From Mobula hypostoma (Eukaryota), in NCBI RefSeq assembly GCF_963921235.1, contig NC_086097.1, positions 190,218,001 to 190,282,000 of the forward strand: a stretch of DNA of 64,000 nt, in the 5' to 3' direction. A model generated the notes under the pieces. That model was not told the origin of the DNA. It was given only the letters and a program-made list of their open reading frames with translations, and searched no databases. Of the stretch, positions 63,387-64,000 are shown in pieces; position 1 is the first letter of the stretch; every line of letters starts with the position of its first letter. Both the position numbers and the translations under genes were made by a program.

Positions 63387-63993
63387 CATTGTGTATTTAA
63401 TATTTCAGCAATATTTGAGTAATATTGTAAATATATTGTTTGATGAAGCATCCTTGTGTTATGTAATTCATTATGGGTTATATGTAAAAGTACATGAATG
63501 GCATACATCTGCATGACACCATGTCATAAGTGCATGTCTCGCTAAAAATAAAAATTGAAACTGAGACACTTTATCCCTGGGCTCCCTGTGTTTTTTTTTT
63601 ATTAATTTCTTAAGTTACAAAACATAAGAGTAGCAATGAGGAAGTTTTAAGTGAACCCAAGACCTACCTGTAAAAGTGCAGCAAGACATTTGAGTTTAAA
63701 AAAAAAGGCAGACAATGGACAAATTCATGGGTTCATAAACATTGAGTACCATATAATAATGATTATAAATTTTAAAAAAGCAGTAATGTCTGGCTACATC
63801 AGAAAGATAGATGTGTTTGATAGCACAAGAGATAATTAGCTGTTGTATATGGAACAATTGAGCAATACTTTGAAGCAAATGAAATAGCCAATGAAAAGTG
63901 AGTGCCACTTATGCTGAGTGCATTGGGTTTGAAGGCATACAGTTTGCTTAGAAATTTAACTGCTCCAACCAAAACAGTCAAAATCTGCTTTGC
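63387..63993 (+). mobile_element. 5' end of a decayed Gypsy element: short LTR (~63387-63630), degenerate PBS, gag start
   Basis: TAGCAATGAGGA resembles TGGCGACGAGGA. From ATG 63786: MSGYIRKIDVFDST...EQYFEANEI...LSALGLKAYSLLRNLTAPTK. Confidence 0.7.
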
Positions 63994-64000
63994 ATGTATA

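Overview
Eukaryotic, AT-rich, repeat-dense DNA with no recognisable host exon. It looks intronic or intergenic. The repeat set (HE1-like V-SINE, DeuSINE, CR1 and Rex1/Babar LINEs, GIY-YIG Penelope-like elements) points to a cartilaginous fish, probably a ray; this is an inference. Every protein ORF I could recognise is transposon-derived. LTR elements: the 3' end of a Gmr1-type Gypsy (1-1686), a two-LTR Gmr1-type element with tRNA-Pro PBS, PPT, 4-bp TSD and collapsed pol (27786-32643), two solo LTRs of that family, a 234-bp solo LTR, and the 5' end of another Gypsy. Other elements: about ten CR1 pieces, many Rex1/Babar pieces, a Tc1 remnant, and a PIF/Harbinger element (58352-62363) with a CR1 inside. 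The most striking signal is about 15 copies of a Penelope-like 3' terminus carrying a minimal hammerhead-ribozyme motif. They occur as ~130-bp stand-alone units with ~12-bp TSDs, as fold-back elements, and as one twin-priming-like inversion. A consensus-quality candidate recursive splice site lies at 10380/10381. Family assignments come from motif recognition by eye, with no database search.
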